Below, piece by piece: positions 28,645-37,876 of a DNA stretch of 64,000 bases; position 1 is the first letter of the stretch, and every line of letters begins with the position of its first letter. The notes under the pieces are model-generated. The model was not told the origin of the DNA, did no database searches, and worked only from the letters and a program-made list of their open reading frames with translations. The stretch is taken from contig CAWGVV010000002.1 in the NCBI GenBank assembly GCA_963826125.1, positions 356,613-420,612 on the forward strand. The letters run 5' to 3'. The position numbers were made by a program, and so were the translations under genes. Source of the DNA: an uncultured delta proteobacterium (lineage in GTDB: Bacteria; Desulfobacterota; Desulfarculia; JACQYL01; CAWGVV01).

Positions 28645-31110
28645 CTATGACTGGTCGGCAACCTGCCGGATGTACTGATCCCTGCGCCGCCTGCGGATCA
28701 CGAGACGGGTCCCGCCGATGACGAGGAGCAGCAGGGGAGCGAGAATAGTGGTGAAAAAGCGGTAGAAGAGCTTTTCGCCCGCCGTGGTTTCACGAATGAG
28801 CCGCAAGGTCTGGGATTTGGAACGGATGGCGATGAGTTCGTCTCCCAGGGTAAGGGAATCGATGGCGTTGAGCAGGAAGAGCGAATTGTTGCCCACTCCG
28901 ATGGCCTGGTTGCTGAACATGTCCGCGCAAGGGACGAAGATGAGCGAACCGGGCTGTCGGTCGATGGCCGGAGCGATTTCGCTCCGGGGCGCCGAATCTT
29001 CCCGGGATTTCCCTTCCTCCGGCCACTCCGGCACTGCTTTTCCCTCGAAAAAGTCGGGAAACAGTCCGGTCAGCCGCACTGCCAGCGGCTGGGGGCCTAT
29101 GAGGGTATTGGCGTCCTTGTCTATCTGGGCGGGTGCAAGGGCGGCACGAGCGTACGGCACGGTCCAGGTCTGCGGGCTGGAGGTGAAGATGACGTCCTTC
29201 TTCAATCCGAGTTCCCGGATACGCTTGTCGTCCGGGCCGGTGGCCGAACCCCAGATATAGAAGAGCGAGGCGATGCGGTTGTTCAGGGCCAGCTTCCCGT
29301 TCATCTGCTGATCCGGGACGTGGATCTGCATGGGGAACTTGACCTGCGCCTTGACCATGGACTGGAGGACACCGGAAATCTTCTGGGGAATGTTCAATGT
29401 CACCTGTTCCGCGTTGGCATCCATGAGAATTCCGGGCTTGAACGCGAGCCCATACGGCATGAGCAACTCGTTGGCGTTGTTCGGAGCGATCATGGGGACC
29501 ACTGCCAGCATGCCGCCCTGCTGGGGGAGGAACTGGAAACGATACTGCTGCGAAGCCAGGAAAACGCTTCCGCCGCGAGCCAGGAATCTCGTGATTTCAT
29601 ACAGCTGTCGCTTGTCGAACGGGTGGGGGTCCAACAGAAGAAGGGTCTTGGAGTCTTTCAGGATGTGCTCCTTCTCGTTGAACTTCATGCGGGCGACGCC
29701 ATACCCTTCATGCCGCAGCATTTCCATGGCTTGGCTAAAATTGTCGGTTTCCTCGGGGACTTTCTGCCCCATTTTCTGCAGAAACTCCCTCATGCGGGGG
29801 TCCTTGTACTGTTCCGGCACGGGCTCGATAGGCGCCACCATGGTTATCACGGGCTGCTCGGGCAGGGTCATGCGATAAATTTTGGACATGAGTTCGTATT
29901 CGAGGCTGCCGAGCATCTGCGGCATCACCCGATCTATGGTTTCGACCTTTTTATCGAGATAGGAGATGGTAACGGCCGAATAGACGCTCTTGATGTCCAT
30001 CGAGTCCTTTTCGATGCTCTGGGTCTGAAAGGGCGCCACTCCCTTCTTTTCCAGTTCCGCAAGCTTGGATGCGTCCGCCAGGGGGTTGTACACGTTGTAG
30101 TGGAACGATTTGTTGAGACGCGCCAGATCGGACAGTTTGTCCTCCACGTCCTGCTGTATGTTTTTCATGAAGGAGGGGAGTTTTTCCCGTGGCGAAACAT
30201 AATAGTTCACCTCGACGGGAGCCACCAGACGCCCGAGAATGCGTTCCGACTCCTTGGACACCGTGTAGAGGCCGCCTTCGGTGAGGTCCACCCGATCCAG
30301 CCGTGTTTCGCTCGTCACCAGGTTGAGCATGAAGCCGATGCAGAGCAGGAAAACAACGGAAATCGCGAAGCGACCCTTGGGCTTGCGCCGTATGAAACTC
30401 TCCAGCGTGAAGCTGTTGAGGATGAGAAGAATTGCCGTAAAGCCGACGAAATATACCATGCCCTGGATGTCGATGATTCCCCGGGTGAAGGCGTCGTAGT
30501 GCTTCGCCGCGCCCAAGCCGTTCTGTATGAGGCTGCCGAGCCCGTCCACCCATCCGTCCATGAAAGAAGCCACGAATTCGTTGCCCAGCATGTAGGTGGC
30601 GAAGCAGCACAGGATGCTCAGGATGAGTGTGACGATCTGGTCCTTGAAGAAGGCCGAAATGAAGATGCCGATGGCGAGGTAAAACCCGCCCAGCAGGAGG
30701 GCGCCGATGTAAGCCCCGACGATGGCCCCCAAATCGGGGTTACCAACCATGGCGATCATGATGGGTATGGGGAGCGTACCGGCCAAGGCCAGGGCGTAAA
30801 AGGCGAGACAGGCGAAAAACTTCCCCAGCACCGGGGTGGAATTTTTCATGGGGAAGCTGAGGACCAGCGCCATGGTGCCCAGTTTCCGTTCTTCCGACCA
30901 GAGTCTCATGCTCACCGCGGGAATGAAGACGCACAGGAAGAAGGGCAAGGTCCCGAAAAAGGAACGCATGGTGGCGTTGCCGCTCACAAAGAAGTTGGTC
31001 ATGAACATCCCGCTGGTCATGACCAGAAAGATGATGAGATAGATGTAAGCGGTCGGCGTATTGAAGTAGGCCGCAAATTCCCGTTTGAATATGGTCAAGA
31101 AATTCTTCAT
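28645..31110 (-). CDS. ABC-2 family permease fused to a GldG-like auxiliary domain (ABC-type uncharacterised transport system)
   Basis: The N-terminal ~240 aa is a multi-TM ABC-2 permease. A large periplasmic GldG-like domain follows, with a C-terminal TM anchor and an RRRRR stop-transfer. It lies downstream of the ABC ATPase. Confidence 0.7.
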   Translation of the reverse strand: MKNFLTIFKREFAAYFNTPTAYIYLIIFLVMTSGMFMTNFFVSGNATMRSFFGTLPFFLCVFIPAVSMRLWSEERKLGTMALVLSFPMKNSTPVLGKFFACLAFYALALAGTLPIPIMIAMVGNPDLGAIVGAYIGALLLGGFYLAIGIFISAFFKDQIVTLILSILCCFATYMLGNEFVASFMDGWVDGLGSLIQNGLGAAKHYDAFTRGIIDIQGMVYFVGFTAILLILNSFTLESFIRRKPKGRFAISVVFLLCIGFMLNLVTSETRLDRVDLTEGGLYTVSKESERILGRLVAPVEVNYYVSPREKLPSFMKNIQQDVEDKLSDLARLNKSFHYNVYNPLADASKLAELEKKGVAPFQTQSIEKDSMDIKSVYSAVTISYLDKKVETIDRVMPQMLGSLEYELMSKIYRMTLPEQPVITMVAPIEPVPEQYKDPRMREFLQKMGQKVPEETDNFSQAMEMLRHEGYGVARMKFNEKEHILKDSKTLLLLDPHPFDKRQLYEITRFLARGGSVFLASQQYRFQFLPQQGGMLAVVPMIAPNNANELLMPYGLAFKPGILMDANAEQVTLNIPQKISGVLQSMVKAQVKFPMQIHVPDQQMNGKLALNNRIASLFYIWGSATGPDDKRIRELGLKKDVIFTSSPQTWTVPYARAALAPAQIDKDANTLIGPQPLAVRLTGLFPDFFEGKAVPEWPEEGKSREDSAPRSEIAPAIDRQPGSLIFVPCADMFSNQAIGVGNNSLFLLNAIDSLTLGDELIAIRSKSQTLRLIRETTAGEKLFYRFFTTILAPLLLLVIGGTRLVIRRRRRDQYIRQVADQS

Positions 31111-31170
31111 CGCTTCTCCGGTTTCAAAGACGTGAGGCCCCAGGATCGACAGTGGGAAGACGGTCGGTCG

Positions 31171-32124
31171 TCACCAGACCGACTTCCTGGTCGATCGGGT
31201 GAGAGAGATGAATGCTTCCTCCAGCGTCGGCACCACTTCGGTGAATTCCCGGATCAACCAGCCGTTGTCGCGAATCGCGGCCGATATGCGGGAGAGGACG
31301 TCCTTGTTTTCGAAACAGGTGATTTCGAAGCGCACGCAGCCGTCCCCGCCCTGAGCGTAGGAGCGTTCCACCGCGTCCACCCCGTCGATCGAACGGAGCC
31401 CCTTTTCCACCTGATCCGCATCGCCCTTCACCACGATTACGTAGCGGGTGTCTCCGTAGGCGGTGGCGGCCATTTCGGCCAGGGTTCCGTCGAAGATGAT
31501 TTTCCCCTCGTTGATGACCACGGTACGGTCGCTGAGAGCGGATATCTCCTGCAGGATATGTGTGCTGATGACGATGGTCTTGTCCCGGGCCAGACTCACG
31601 ATCAAGTCCCGGATGCCGATGATCTGCAGCGGATCGAGGCCCGAAGTGGGTTCGTCCAGAATAAGGATTTCCGGGTCGTGTATCAGGGCCTGGGCAATGC
31701 CCACTCTCTGGCGGTATCCCTTTGAAAGTTCATGAATCTGCTTGCGCAGCATTTTCCTCAGTCCGCACGCCTCGACCACGAAATCCATCCGTCTTCGGGC
31801 AATGTCACGGTGAAGCTGCCGCCCGGAGGCCACGAAGCGAAGATAATCGATTACTTCCATGTCCGTATAGAGGGGGACCGCCTCAGGCAGATATCCCAGA
31901 CGCCGGCGCACTTCGAGAGGCTGTTCCCTCACATCGAACCCGCCCACTACGGCGGTGCCCGAGGTGGGCGCCATCTGCGTGGTGAGGATGTTCATGATGG
32001 TGGATTTGCCGGCGCCGTTGGGCCCCAGAAGGCCCAGAATGGTACCGCTGCCGACTTCGAAGGACGCCCGGTCCACGGCCAGCGTGGGGCCGTAGAGCAT
32101 GGTAAGTTCCTTTACCTGAATCAT
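31171..32124 (-). CDS. ABC transporter ATP-binding protein (GldA-like, ABC-2 type)
   Basis: Walker A (GPNGAGKST), ABC signature (LSKGYRQR), Walker B (ILILDEP) and an H-loop are all present. I placed the start at MIQVKELTMLYG. Confidence 0.85.
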   Translation of the reverse strand: MIQVKELTMLYGPTLAVDRASFEVGSGTILGLLGPNGAGKSTIMNILTTQMAPTSGTAVVGGFDVREQPLEVRRRLGYLPEAVPLYTDMEVIDYLRFVASGRQLHRDIARRRMDFVVEACGLRKMLRKQIHELSKGYRQRVGIAQALIHDPEILILDEPTSGLDPLQIIGIRDLIVSLARDKTIVISTHILQEISALSDRTVVINEGKIIFDGTLAEMAATAYGDTRYVIVVKGDADQVEKGLRSIDGVDAVERSYAQGGDGCVRFEITCFENKDVLSRISAAIRDNGWLIREFTEVVPTLEEAFISLTRSTRKSVW

Positions 32125-32261
32125 AACCCCCCCAAAGGGTCGTACCGGTTCCCCCTGCCGCGGTCGCAACGTGTCGACGGCGGCCGTCCGGGCGGAAATG
32201 GCCGAGTTTTCCTAATCCTTTGCAACCGTTAGGCGTATTAAAAGAAATGGCGGCCGATGTC

Positions 32262-33400
32262 AACCAGTTCCAACATGAACTATCTGCTGGAAATTTAGGA
32301 TTATAGAGTATACTATTCTTAAAATTTGCTATACGTAAATAGCCACCCGTAACAGGATAGTTAAAATGAACGACGAAATAAATAATTTCCTATCTCAGTT
32401 TCGGATGTTTTTGATAAAAGCTAATGACAGTGACCTATATGTCTATGGTGGCTACAACCCACTTGGATTACTAATGGTTAAAGAAAATCACATCGAAAGT
32501 AGAACTGTCTTCAAGCAATCCGAGTCAATATTGCGAATAGGTTGGTCAAAAATAAGCAAATTCGCTCAAAATAAAATTAAGTTTCGAGGTTGTACTATAA
32601 ATAAATATGTTTTTATTGGAAAAATATTTCGCGAAAATGCAATATTGCATGTTAAACTGACCAACAACATTACTCTTGTAGAACTAGACATTAAAAGTAA
32701 GCGTGTTTCTGTCATAGGATCAGGCAACATGAATGAGCGGTTGTTAGATTTTCTTTTAAAATTCTCCTATAATATGAGATTCACTTGCTCTTATGATTTT
32801 GAAGGAATTTTAAAACAACAAACATCAAGTGGAGGACATCAAAAGATAGATACAGTTAGAAGAAAAGTTGATCCTACGGTATTTATCTCATATTCAATAG
32901 ATTCTGAAGAACATCAAAAATGGGTGGTTAAGCTAGCTGCAGATCTTATTAGGCGAGGTGTAAGGGTGACTATCGACGAATGGGATCTCCGCTATTATAA
33001 CAACAACTTACACTACTTTATGGAGAGAGGAATCGCAAATTCAGACTTTGTCTTGATGGTTTGTACACCGGAATATGCTAAAAAGGCCGATAATAGAACA
33101 GGTGGTGTTGGTATCGAGTGTTCGATTATAACGTCGGAAATTTATAATCCAGAAAAATCAGGTAAATACTTGCCCATAGTTAAGGGGTATTCTTCTGGTA
33201 TCAACGAGTGCTTGCCTTTATTTTTAAAAACAAAAAAAGTGTTAGATTTCAATAACTACAGTAAATATGACAATAACATAGACGCCCTCTTGAGGGAAAT
33301 ATTAGACATTCCTAAATATGAGAGGCCCACATTGGGTAGATTGGTGCCACCTAGGTCGATTCGAGTTTAAACCGAAACAGCAAGCTAACTCCAGAGAATT
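32262..33400. other. AT-rich single-gene islet (putative horizontal insertion)
   Basis: Composition is markedly AT-rich between the ABC ATPase start and the SDR stop. It contains only the TIR-domain ORF. I did not recognise an integrase, a tRNA or clear direct repeats. Confidence 0.55.
32366..33370 (+). CDS. TIR-domain protein: unknown ~165-aa N-terminal domain plus C-terminal TIR domain
   Basis: The C-terminal half (PTVFISYSIDSEEHQKWVVKLAADLIRRGVRVTIDEWDLRYYNNNLHYFMERGIANSDFVLMVCTPEYAKKADNRTGGVGIECSIITSEIY) has the TIR hallmarks. These are a betaA strand F-I-S-Y-S, a W-containing alphaA, and a conserved Glu in GxGIECS. An AGGATAG ribosome-binding site precedes the ATG. Confidence 0.75.
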   Translation: MNDEINNFLSQFRMFLIKANDSDLYVYGGYNPLGLLMVKENHIESRTVFKQSESILRIGWSKISKFAQNKIKFRGCTINKYVFIGKIFRENAILHVKLTNNITLVELDIKSKRVSVIGSGNMNERLLDFLLKFSYNMRFTCSYDFEGILKQQTSSGGHQKIDTVRRKVDPTVFISYSIDSEEHQKWVVKLAADLIRRGVRVTIDEWDLRYYNNNLHYFMERGIANSDFVLMVCTPEYAKKADNRTGGVGIECSIITSEIYNPEKSGKYLPIVKGYSSGINECLPLFLKTKKVLDFNNYSKYDNNIDALLREILDIPKYERPTLGRLVPPRSIRV

Positions 33401-33403
33401 GAT

Positions 33404-34147
33404 TCACATCCCCCAACCACCGCTCACTTCCACGGCCGCGCCCGTCATGAAGGACGCCTCGTCCGAAGCCAGGAAGGCGATGACGTTGGCGATTTCCGCC
33501 GGGGAGGCCGACCTGCCGAGCGGCGTGTCGGCGATGATGGCCCGCTTGTACTCCTCTTTCATGACGTTCAGGATGGTCGGGGTGTCGGTGAGGCCGGGCA
33601 GCACGACGTTCACGCGTACGCCGTGAGGCCCGAGTTCGCGGGCCATGCTCTTGGTGAGGCCGACGAGCCCCGCCTTGGCCGTGCAATAGGCAAGTTCGCC
33701 CTTGGCTCCCGCCTTGCCGTAGATGGAAGAGACGTTGACGATGCTGCCGGCCTTCCGCTCCTTCATCATACCGGCAGCGAGCCGCGACAGGTTGAGGCAC
33801 CCTTTGAGATGCACGTTCATGACCTGGTCCCACTCGTCGTTCGTGATTCTGGACAGGGTGCCCGGCCGGTCGAACCCCGCGTTGTTCACCAGAACGTCGA
33901 CATGGGGAAAGGTCGCCAGGACGCGGGCAAAGCCTTCCTCCACCGACCCTTGGTCGGCCACGTCGGCGGTGACCGCAAGAGACTTTCGTCCCAGGCTCGC
34001 CACCGCCTCGGCGGTCAGCACCGCCGTTTCCCCGTTCCGGTCCAGCACCGCCACGTCAGCTCCCTCTTGCGCGAACTTGACGGCCGCGGCCCGACCGATC
34101 CCCTGCCCCGCTCCGGTGATGAGAGCGACCTTGCCCTCCAGCCTCAC
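33404..34147 (-). CDS. SDR-family oxidoreductase (3-oxoacyl-ACP reductase-like)
   Basis: It has the TGAGQGIG Rossmann motif, NNAG, and a YxxxK catalytic pair (YCTAK). A probable GTG start (VRLEGKVALITG) was chosen over the long GC-rich N-terminal extension of the track ORF. Confidence 0.8.
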   Translation of the reverse strand: MRLEGKVALITGAGQGIGRAAAVKFAQEGADVAVLDRNGETAVLTAEAVASLGRKSLAVTADVADQGSVEEGFARVLATFPHVDVLVNNAGFDRPGTLSRITNDEWDQVMNVHLKGCLNLSRLAAGMMKERKAGSIVNVSSIYGKAGAKGELAYCTAKAGLVGLTKSMARELGPHGVRVNVVLPGLTDTPTILNVMKEEYKRAIIADTPLGRSASPAEIANVIAFLASDEASFMTGAAVEVSGGWGM

Positions 34148-34587
34148 CGGTCGGATTCCATGTGGTGGTGCTCGATCTTCATGCACTTGTTCTGCACGAC
34201 TTTGAGGCCCGCCGCTTCGGCTTTTTTCGCCGCCTCGTTGTGGGCCAGGCCGAGCTGCAACCATACGGTGCCGGCCCCTTTGGCAATGGCGTCGTCCACG
34301 ACCTCGGGAATGAATTCGGGCTTTCGAAAAACGTCCACGATGTCAACATGACCGGGGACGTCCTTGACGCTCGCGTAACTCTTTTCCCCCAACACCTCCT
34401 CATAGGCCGGGTTGACCGGGATGACTCGATAGCCGTGGTCCTGGAGGTACTTGGCCACGCGGTAGCTGTCCTTCTCCGGATTGGAACTCAACCCCACCAC
34501 GGCCACCGTTTTTGCCCTGGTGAGGATGTCGACGATTTCCCCGCTTGTGGGATTGGATTCGGGTACTTCGCACCGACCGTCGCTCAT
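34144..34587 (-). CDS. CoA-binding domain protein (YccU/YneT-like)
   Basis: A ~147-aa product from the internal Met (MSDGR...) contains AVVGLSSNPEKDSYRVAKYLQDHGYRVIPVNP, the hallmark of the small CoA-binding protein family. Confidence 0.7.
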   Translation of the reverse strand: MSDGRCEVPESNPTSGEIVDILTRAKTVAVVGLSSNPEKDSYRVAKYLQDHGYRVIPVNPAYEEVLGEKSYASVKDVPGHVDIVDVFRKPEFIPEVVDDAIAKGAGTVWLQLGLAHNEAAKKAEAAGLKVVQNKCMKIEHHHMESDR

Positions 34588-34717
34588 GGGGAATGCTCCT
34601 TCCTTGTCGGAATTGCCGGTTTCTTGCACTTTCGATATTACTATGCCATATTTCCCCCTTGTCCAGTAGAGGAAACGCCGAAAAAATTCCTCCGGAAAGG
34701 CCGTTCGTTCCACGCCC

Positions 34718-35281
34718 ATGTCCGCCCAAAAGGAAAAACTGCTCCTCCATATCTGCTGCGCGCCGTGCAGCACGTATCCCCTGTCCGTATTGGCGGAGGA
34801 GCCGCTCGAAGTTTTCGGATTTTTCTATAACCCCAACATCCATCCTTATCGGGAATACGAGCTGCGCCGGGACACGGTAGCGGACTACGCCCGTCGCAAG
34901 GGGATACGGCTCATCCTCCGGGATGAGTACGATCTGGTGCAGTTCGTGCGGGAAGTCGTCTTCCGGGAAGACGACCGGTGCCGGTTCTGCTATCATCGCA
35001 GGCTCGAAGCGGCTGCCCGTACGGCGAAAAAAGGCGGCTTCGACTTTTTCACCTCGACGCTTCTCTACAGCAAGCTCCAGAATCACGACCTCATCCGCGA
35101 AATGGGGGAGAGTCTGGGACGCCGGCACGGGGTTCCGTTCCTGTACGTGGATTTCCGCCGGGGCTGGAAAGAGGGGATCGTGATTTCCAAGGAAGAGGGT
35201 CTTTACCGGCAGCAGTACTGCGGCTGTATTTACAGCGAGGCCGAGCGTTTCCACCGACCCCCAAAGGCTCCCGGGCGGTGA
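34718..35281 (+). CDS. queH: Epoxyqueuosine reductase QueH (DUF208)
   Basis: LLLHICCAPCS and the downstream Cys motifs (CRFCY, CGCIY) are the QueH signature. Confidence 0.8.
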   Translation: MSAQKEKLLLHICCAPCSTYPLSVLAEEPLEVFGFFYNPNIHPYREYELRRDTVADYARRKGIRLILRDEYDLVQFVREVVFREDDRCRFCYHRRLEAAARTAKKGGFDFFTSTLLYSKLQNHDLIREMGESLGRRHGVPFLYVDFRRGWKEGIVISKEEGLYRQQYCGCIYSEAERFHRPPKAPGR

Positions 35282-35374
35282 GCGCCGAGGAGGCGCAAAC
35301 GACGCAACGTGAAGGAAGGTGTTCCTGCCGATCGATTTCATGCGATCCCAACGGAAGTTGATGAAAGGTTCTTC

Positions 35375-35860
35375 ATGGCCAAAAGCATAGTGAAAATACA
35401 GCCTCTCTCCGCGCTCAGGGAAGCCAGAAAATTTCTGCGGCGGCAAAAGAAGACCGTGGTGTTCACCAACGGCTGTTTCGACCTGCTGCACGCGGGCCAT
35501 GTGCGCTACCTGGAGGCGGCTTCCGAACTGGGAGATTACCTCATCGTGGCGGTGAATTCCGACCGGTCGGTGCGGGGGATCAAGACGCCCGACCGGCCCG
35601 TCAACCGGGAGCAGTATCGGGCGGAAGTCGTGGCAGCGCTGGGATTCGTCGACGCAGTGATCATCTTCGACGACGAAACGCCCTTCGCCCTCATTCAGGC
35701 GCTGGAACCGGACGTGCTGGTGAAGGGGGCCGATTGGCCGCTCGAGGGCATCGTGGGGCGGGACATCGTGGAGGCCGCGGGAGGCCGCGTGGTGCGCGTG
35801 CCGCTCACCGAGGGCCTTTCCACCACGGCCATCATCGAAAAAATACGGCGGGGTGCCTGA
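35375..35860 (+). CDS. D-glycero-beta-D-manno-heptose 1-phosphate adenylyltransferase (RfaE/HldE domain II-like cytidylyltransferase)
   Basis: TNGCFDLLHAGHVRYLEAA is the nucleotidyltransferase (H/T)xGH motif, and the sequence is family-typical throughout (...LIVAVNSDRSV...). I placed the start at MAKSIVKI. Confidence 0.8.
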   Translation: MAKSIVKIQPLSALREARKFLRRQKKTVVFTNGCFDLLHAGHVRYLEAASELGDYLIVAVNSDRSVRGIKTPDRPVNREQYRAEVVAALGFVDAVIIFDDETPFALIQALEPDVLVKGADWPLEGIVGRDIVEAAGGRVVRVPLTEGLSTTAIIEKIRRGA

Positions 35861-36423
35861 AACGGATTATAAAAACGGTGTGCCGAGTATTTCCCTGAGG
35901 CTGCGGTTCATCTCTTCCTGTTCACCACCTTCCTCGGCAGCGATTGCTTCCGGCGTACCGAGTGTTTTCCTCCCTACGCACAGCAGAGCCTGCCATTTCG
36001 AGCGGTAGCGGAAAATCTCCCATGATACCATGTGATTTCTCGAGATTTCTCTCTCCGCTTCGCTCCGTTCGAAATGGCAAGCCGTCGGCTCACAGCTCCT
36101 GCCCCGTCCAGTGCCGGTTATGGAATACGAAGGAAGCCGAGCCCCCGTGCGGAATGACATGCTACGGTTTGCTCATGGCGTGGATCGCCCATCGCCTCTG
36201 CTTTTCCGTGCCTTTCTTTCCGCCTGGGGGGGTCGATAAAAGAGCGTTTTCCCATGTTCGCCATTTCGGTTGAAGATAAAATACAGTATTTTAAGGTACT
36301 TATTGACAACAGCTTTCGCCGGGTGACGTTTGGAAAGGCTTTATCGACAATCTCCTTGTGAAGGGGGCGATCAGAGCAGAACACTATTACCGGTAGTTCC
36401 CGAAGCAGCGAGTGCGGATGGAG

Positions 36424-36440
36424 TGATAATTGACAATTAT
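36424..36440. promoter_or_regulatory. Palindromic motif copy 1 (TGATAATTGACAATTAT)
   Basis: A 7-1-7 inverted repeat (ATAATTG-N-CAATTAT). It is one of three near-identical copies in a 1.25-kb region that lacks a convincing CDS. Confidence 0.4.
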
Positions 36441-36681
36441 AAATTTTCTTCTCCCGACCGATGGTCGTTCGCACATTTTCAGAAGGAAACCGCTCGTTGC
36501 CTTTACCGAAGATACCGTCGAGGCGGTCAGCAGCTTAGCTGCCGCCCATTCCCATCTTCGAAAGATTTAGAAGCTCATAGCTCTCTGGCGTTCTTTCCGG
36601 AGCATGTTTGATCTCGTTTCGTCGACGTCGACAAGGATGAAAGAAGCTCCGTGGCTCGAATCAGGCTGCATCCAAAACGAT

Positions 36682-36698
36682 TGATAATTGTCAATCAT
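36682..36698. promoter_or_regulatory. Palindromic motif copy 2 (TGATAATTGTCAATCAT)
   Basis: Same motif as at 36424, on the same strand and in the same orientation. Confidence 0.4.
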
Positions 36699-36873
36699 CA
36701 CTCTATCGTTCATGACAAGGAGGATAAAGCCCAGTACTCCCCTCGTTGGAAGCCCATGAGGGAATTGTCCAATCGGTCCGGTGGGTAAAAAACGATGAGA
36801 AAAATCGACTCGGACAGGAAAGATGGAGCACTCTTCGGTTGGTTAGTCGTCTCGACATCTCGTTTCAAATGAT

Positions 36874-36890
36874 TGATGATTGTCAATTAT
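36874..36890. promoter_or_regulatory. Palindromic motif copy 3 (TGATGATTGTCAATTAT)
   Basis: Same motif again. An adjacent GATTGAT direct-repeat half-site precedes it. Confidence 0.4.
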
Positions 36891-37111
36891 AGCTTAATCC
36901 CACTCCGGTGGGAAGAAATGGATATGCTCACGGTTGTCCCCGGAACGAAACCGGTCGCAAGGGAAGGACTCACCGGAAAGTCAAGGCATAGGTAGATTTT
37001 CCGGACGTTATCCCTCCTAGGAAAGGACCGGATCGAAAGATGCTCCATTCCCTCTTCCGGGTTCTCCCGGAACGGCGGGGCACGGTAAAACTTTTCGTGT
37101 GCCAACATTCC

Positions 37112-37759
37112 TCAGTGGCGGTGTTCCGCGGCCGGAACGTCTTCCGTCTCTTCAAAATCCTTGTCGTAGGAAAATACCCCCGGCTTGACCCCCTTCCACT
37201 TCGGGTCGTACAGATGGCGGAACGGTAAAGCCATTGTTTCGCGAAGCACGGTTTGCCAGGTGGTGCATCCGGCGTATGCGTAAGCAAGGGAGGGGTGCGG
37301 AACGGCTCGAACGGCCCCTCCGTTCGGGATGAATTCCGAAACTTCCATGAATTCCCTGTTGCCCGCCTGATCCACCTGCCAGAAAACGAGATCGTGAAAG
37401 TATACGGCCGTGATCAGCCGCTCCCCATCCCGGGTGCTCACCTTGAAGCGGATTCCCGGCCGCCGCTTGCCGGGAATGACGTAGCGGTATTCCGCCAGGG
37501 AAAAGTCGTCGAAGCGAAGCATCATGTCCAGCATCTGTTCGATGCGCTCGTACCGGTTGCGGTCCTCTATCTTTACCGGTTCGATGTTCCGGGAGATTGC
37601 CGCCGCCACCGCGCCCGCTTCCAGGGCAAAATCCGCGAGTAACCGCTTGAGGGGATTTTCTTCAAACGTCGGCGACAAATCCGGGCGCGGAAGCCGTTTC
37701 GTAATGAGTTCGTTGATTCTCCCGGCCCACTGTTCGTATTCGGACGCGGTATCCTTCAT
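37112..37759 (-). CDS. Hypothetical protein (function unknown), downstream of serC
   Basis: A 215-aa ORF from the internal Met (MKDTASEYEQW...). It shares strand and immediate adjacency with serC. I recognised no motif. Confidence 0.45.
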   Translation of the reverse strand: MKDTASEYEQWAGRINELITKRLPRPDLSPTFEENPLKRLLADFALEAGAVAAAISRNIEPVKIEDRNRYERIEQMLDMMLRFDDFSLAEYRYVIPGKRRPGIRFKVSTRDGERLITAVYFHDLVFWQVDQAGNREFMEVSEFIPNGGAVRAVPHPSLAYAYAGCTTWQTVLRETMALPFRHLYDPKWKGVKPGVFSYDKDFEETEDVPAAEHRH

Positions 37760-37876
37760 TCCATTGCCTCCGCTGAAGAAGAAACTGCCGTTGCCGTAAA
37801 AATGCTCACCGAGGGCCGGAGTGTAAAGGCGGGAACGAGGGGAAGGGCGGCGCGCATGCAGCACGCCGCCTCGGGT

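Noticed and set aside
29320-31725. 801-aa plus-strand ORF antisense to the ABC-2 permease/GldG gene
   Set aside because: An antisense frame of a confidently assigned gene with no protein-like composition.
34400-35500. 366-aa minus-strand ORF spanning queH and the hldE-like gene
   Set aside because: It overlaps two plus-strand genes that have clear family signatures (QueH Cys motifs, HxGH NTase). It has no motif of its own.
36424-36890. Fur-box interpretation of the TGATAATTG.CAATTAT palindromes
   Set aside because: They resemble Fur boxes only in AT-richness and GATAAT. The right half-site and spacing do not match the 19-bp Fur consensus, so I called them an unassigned operator-like motif.
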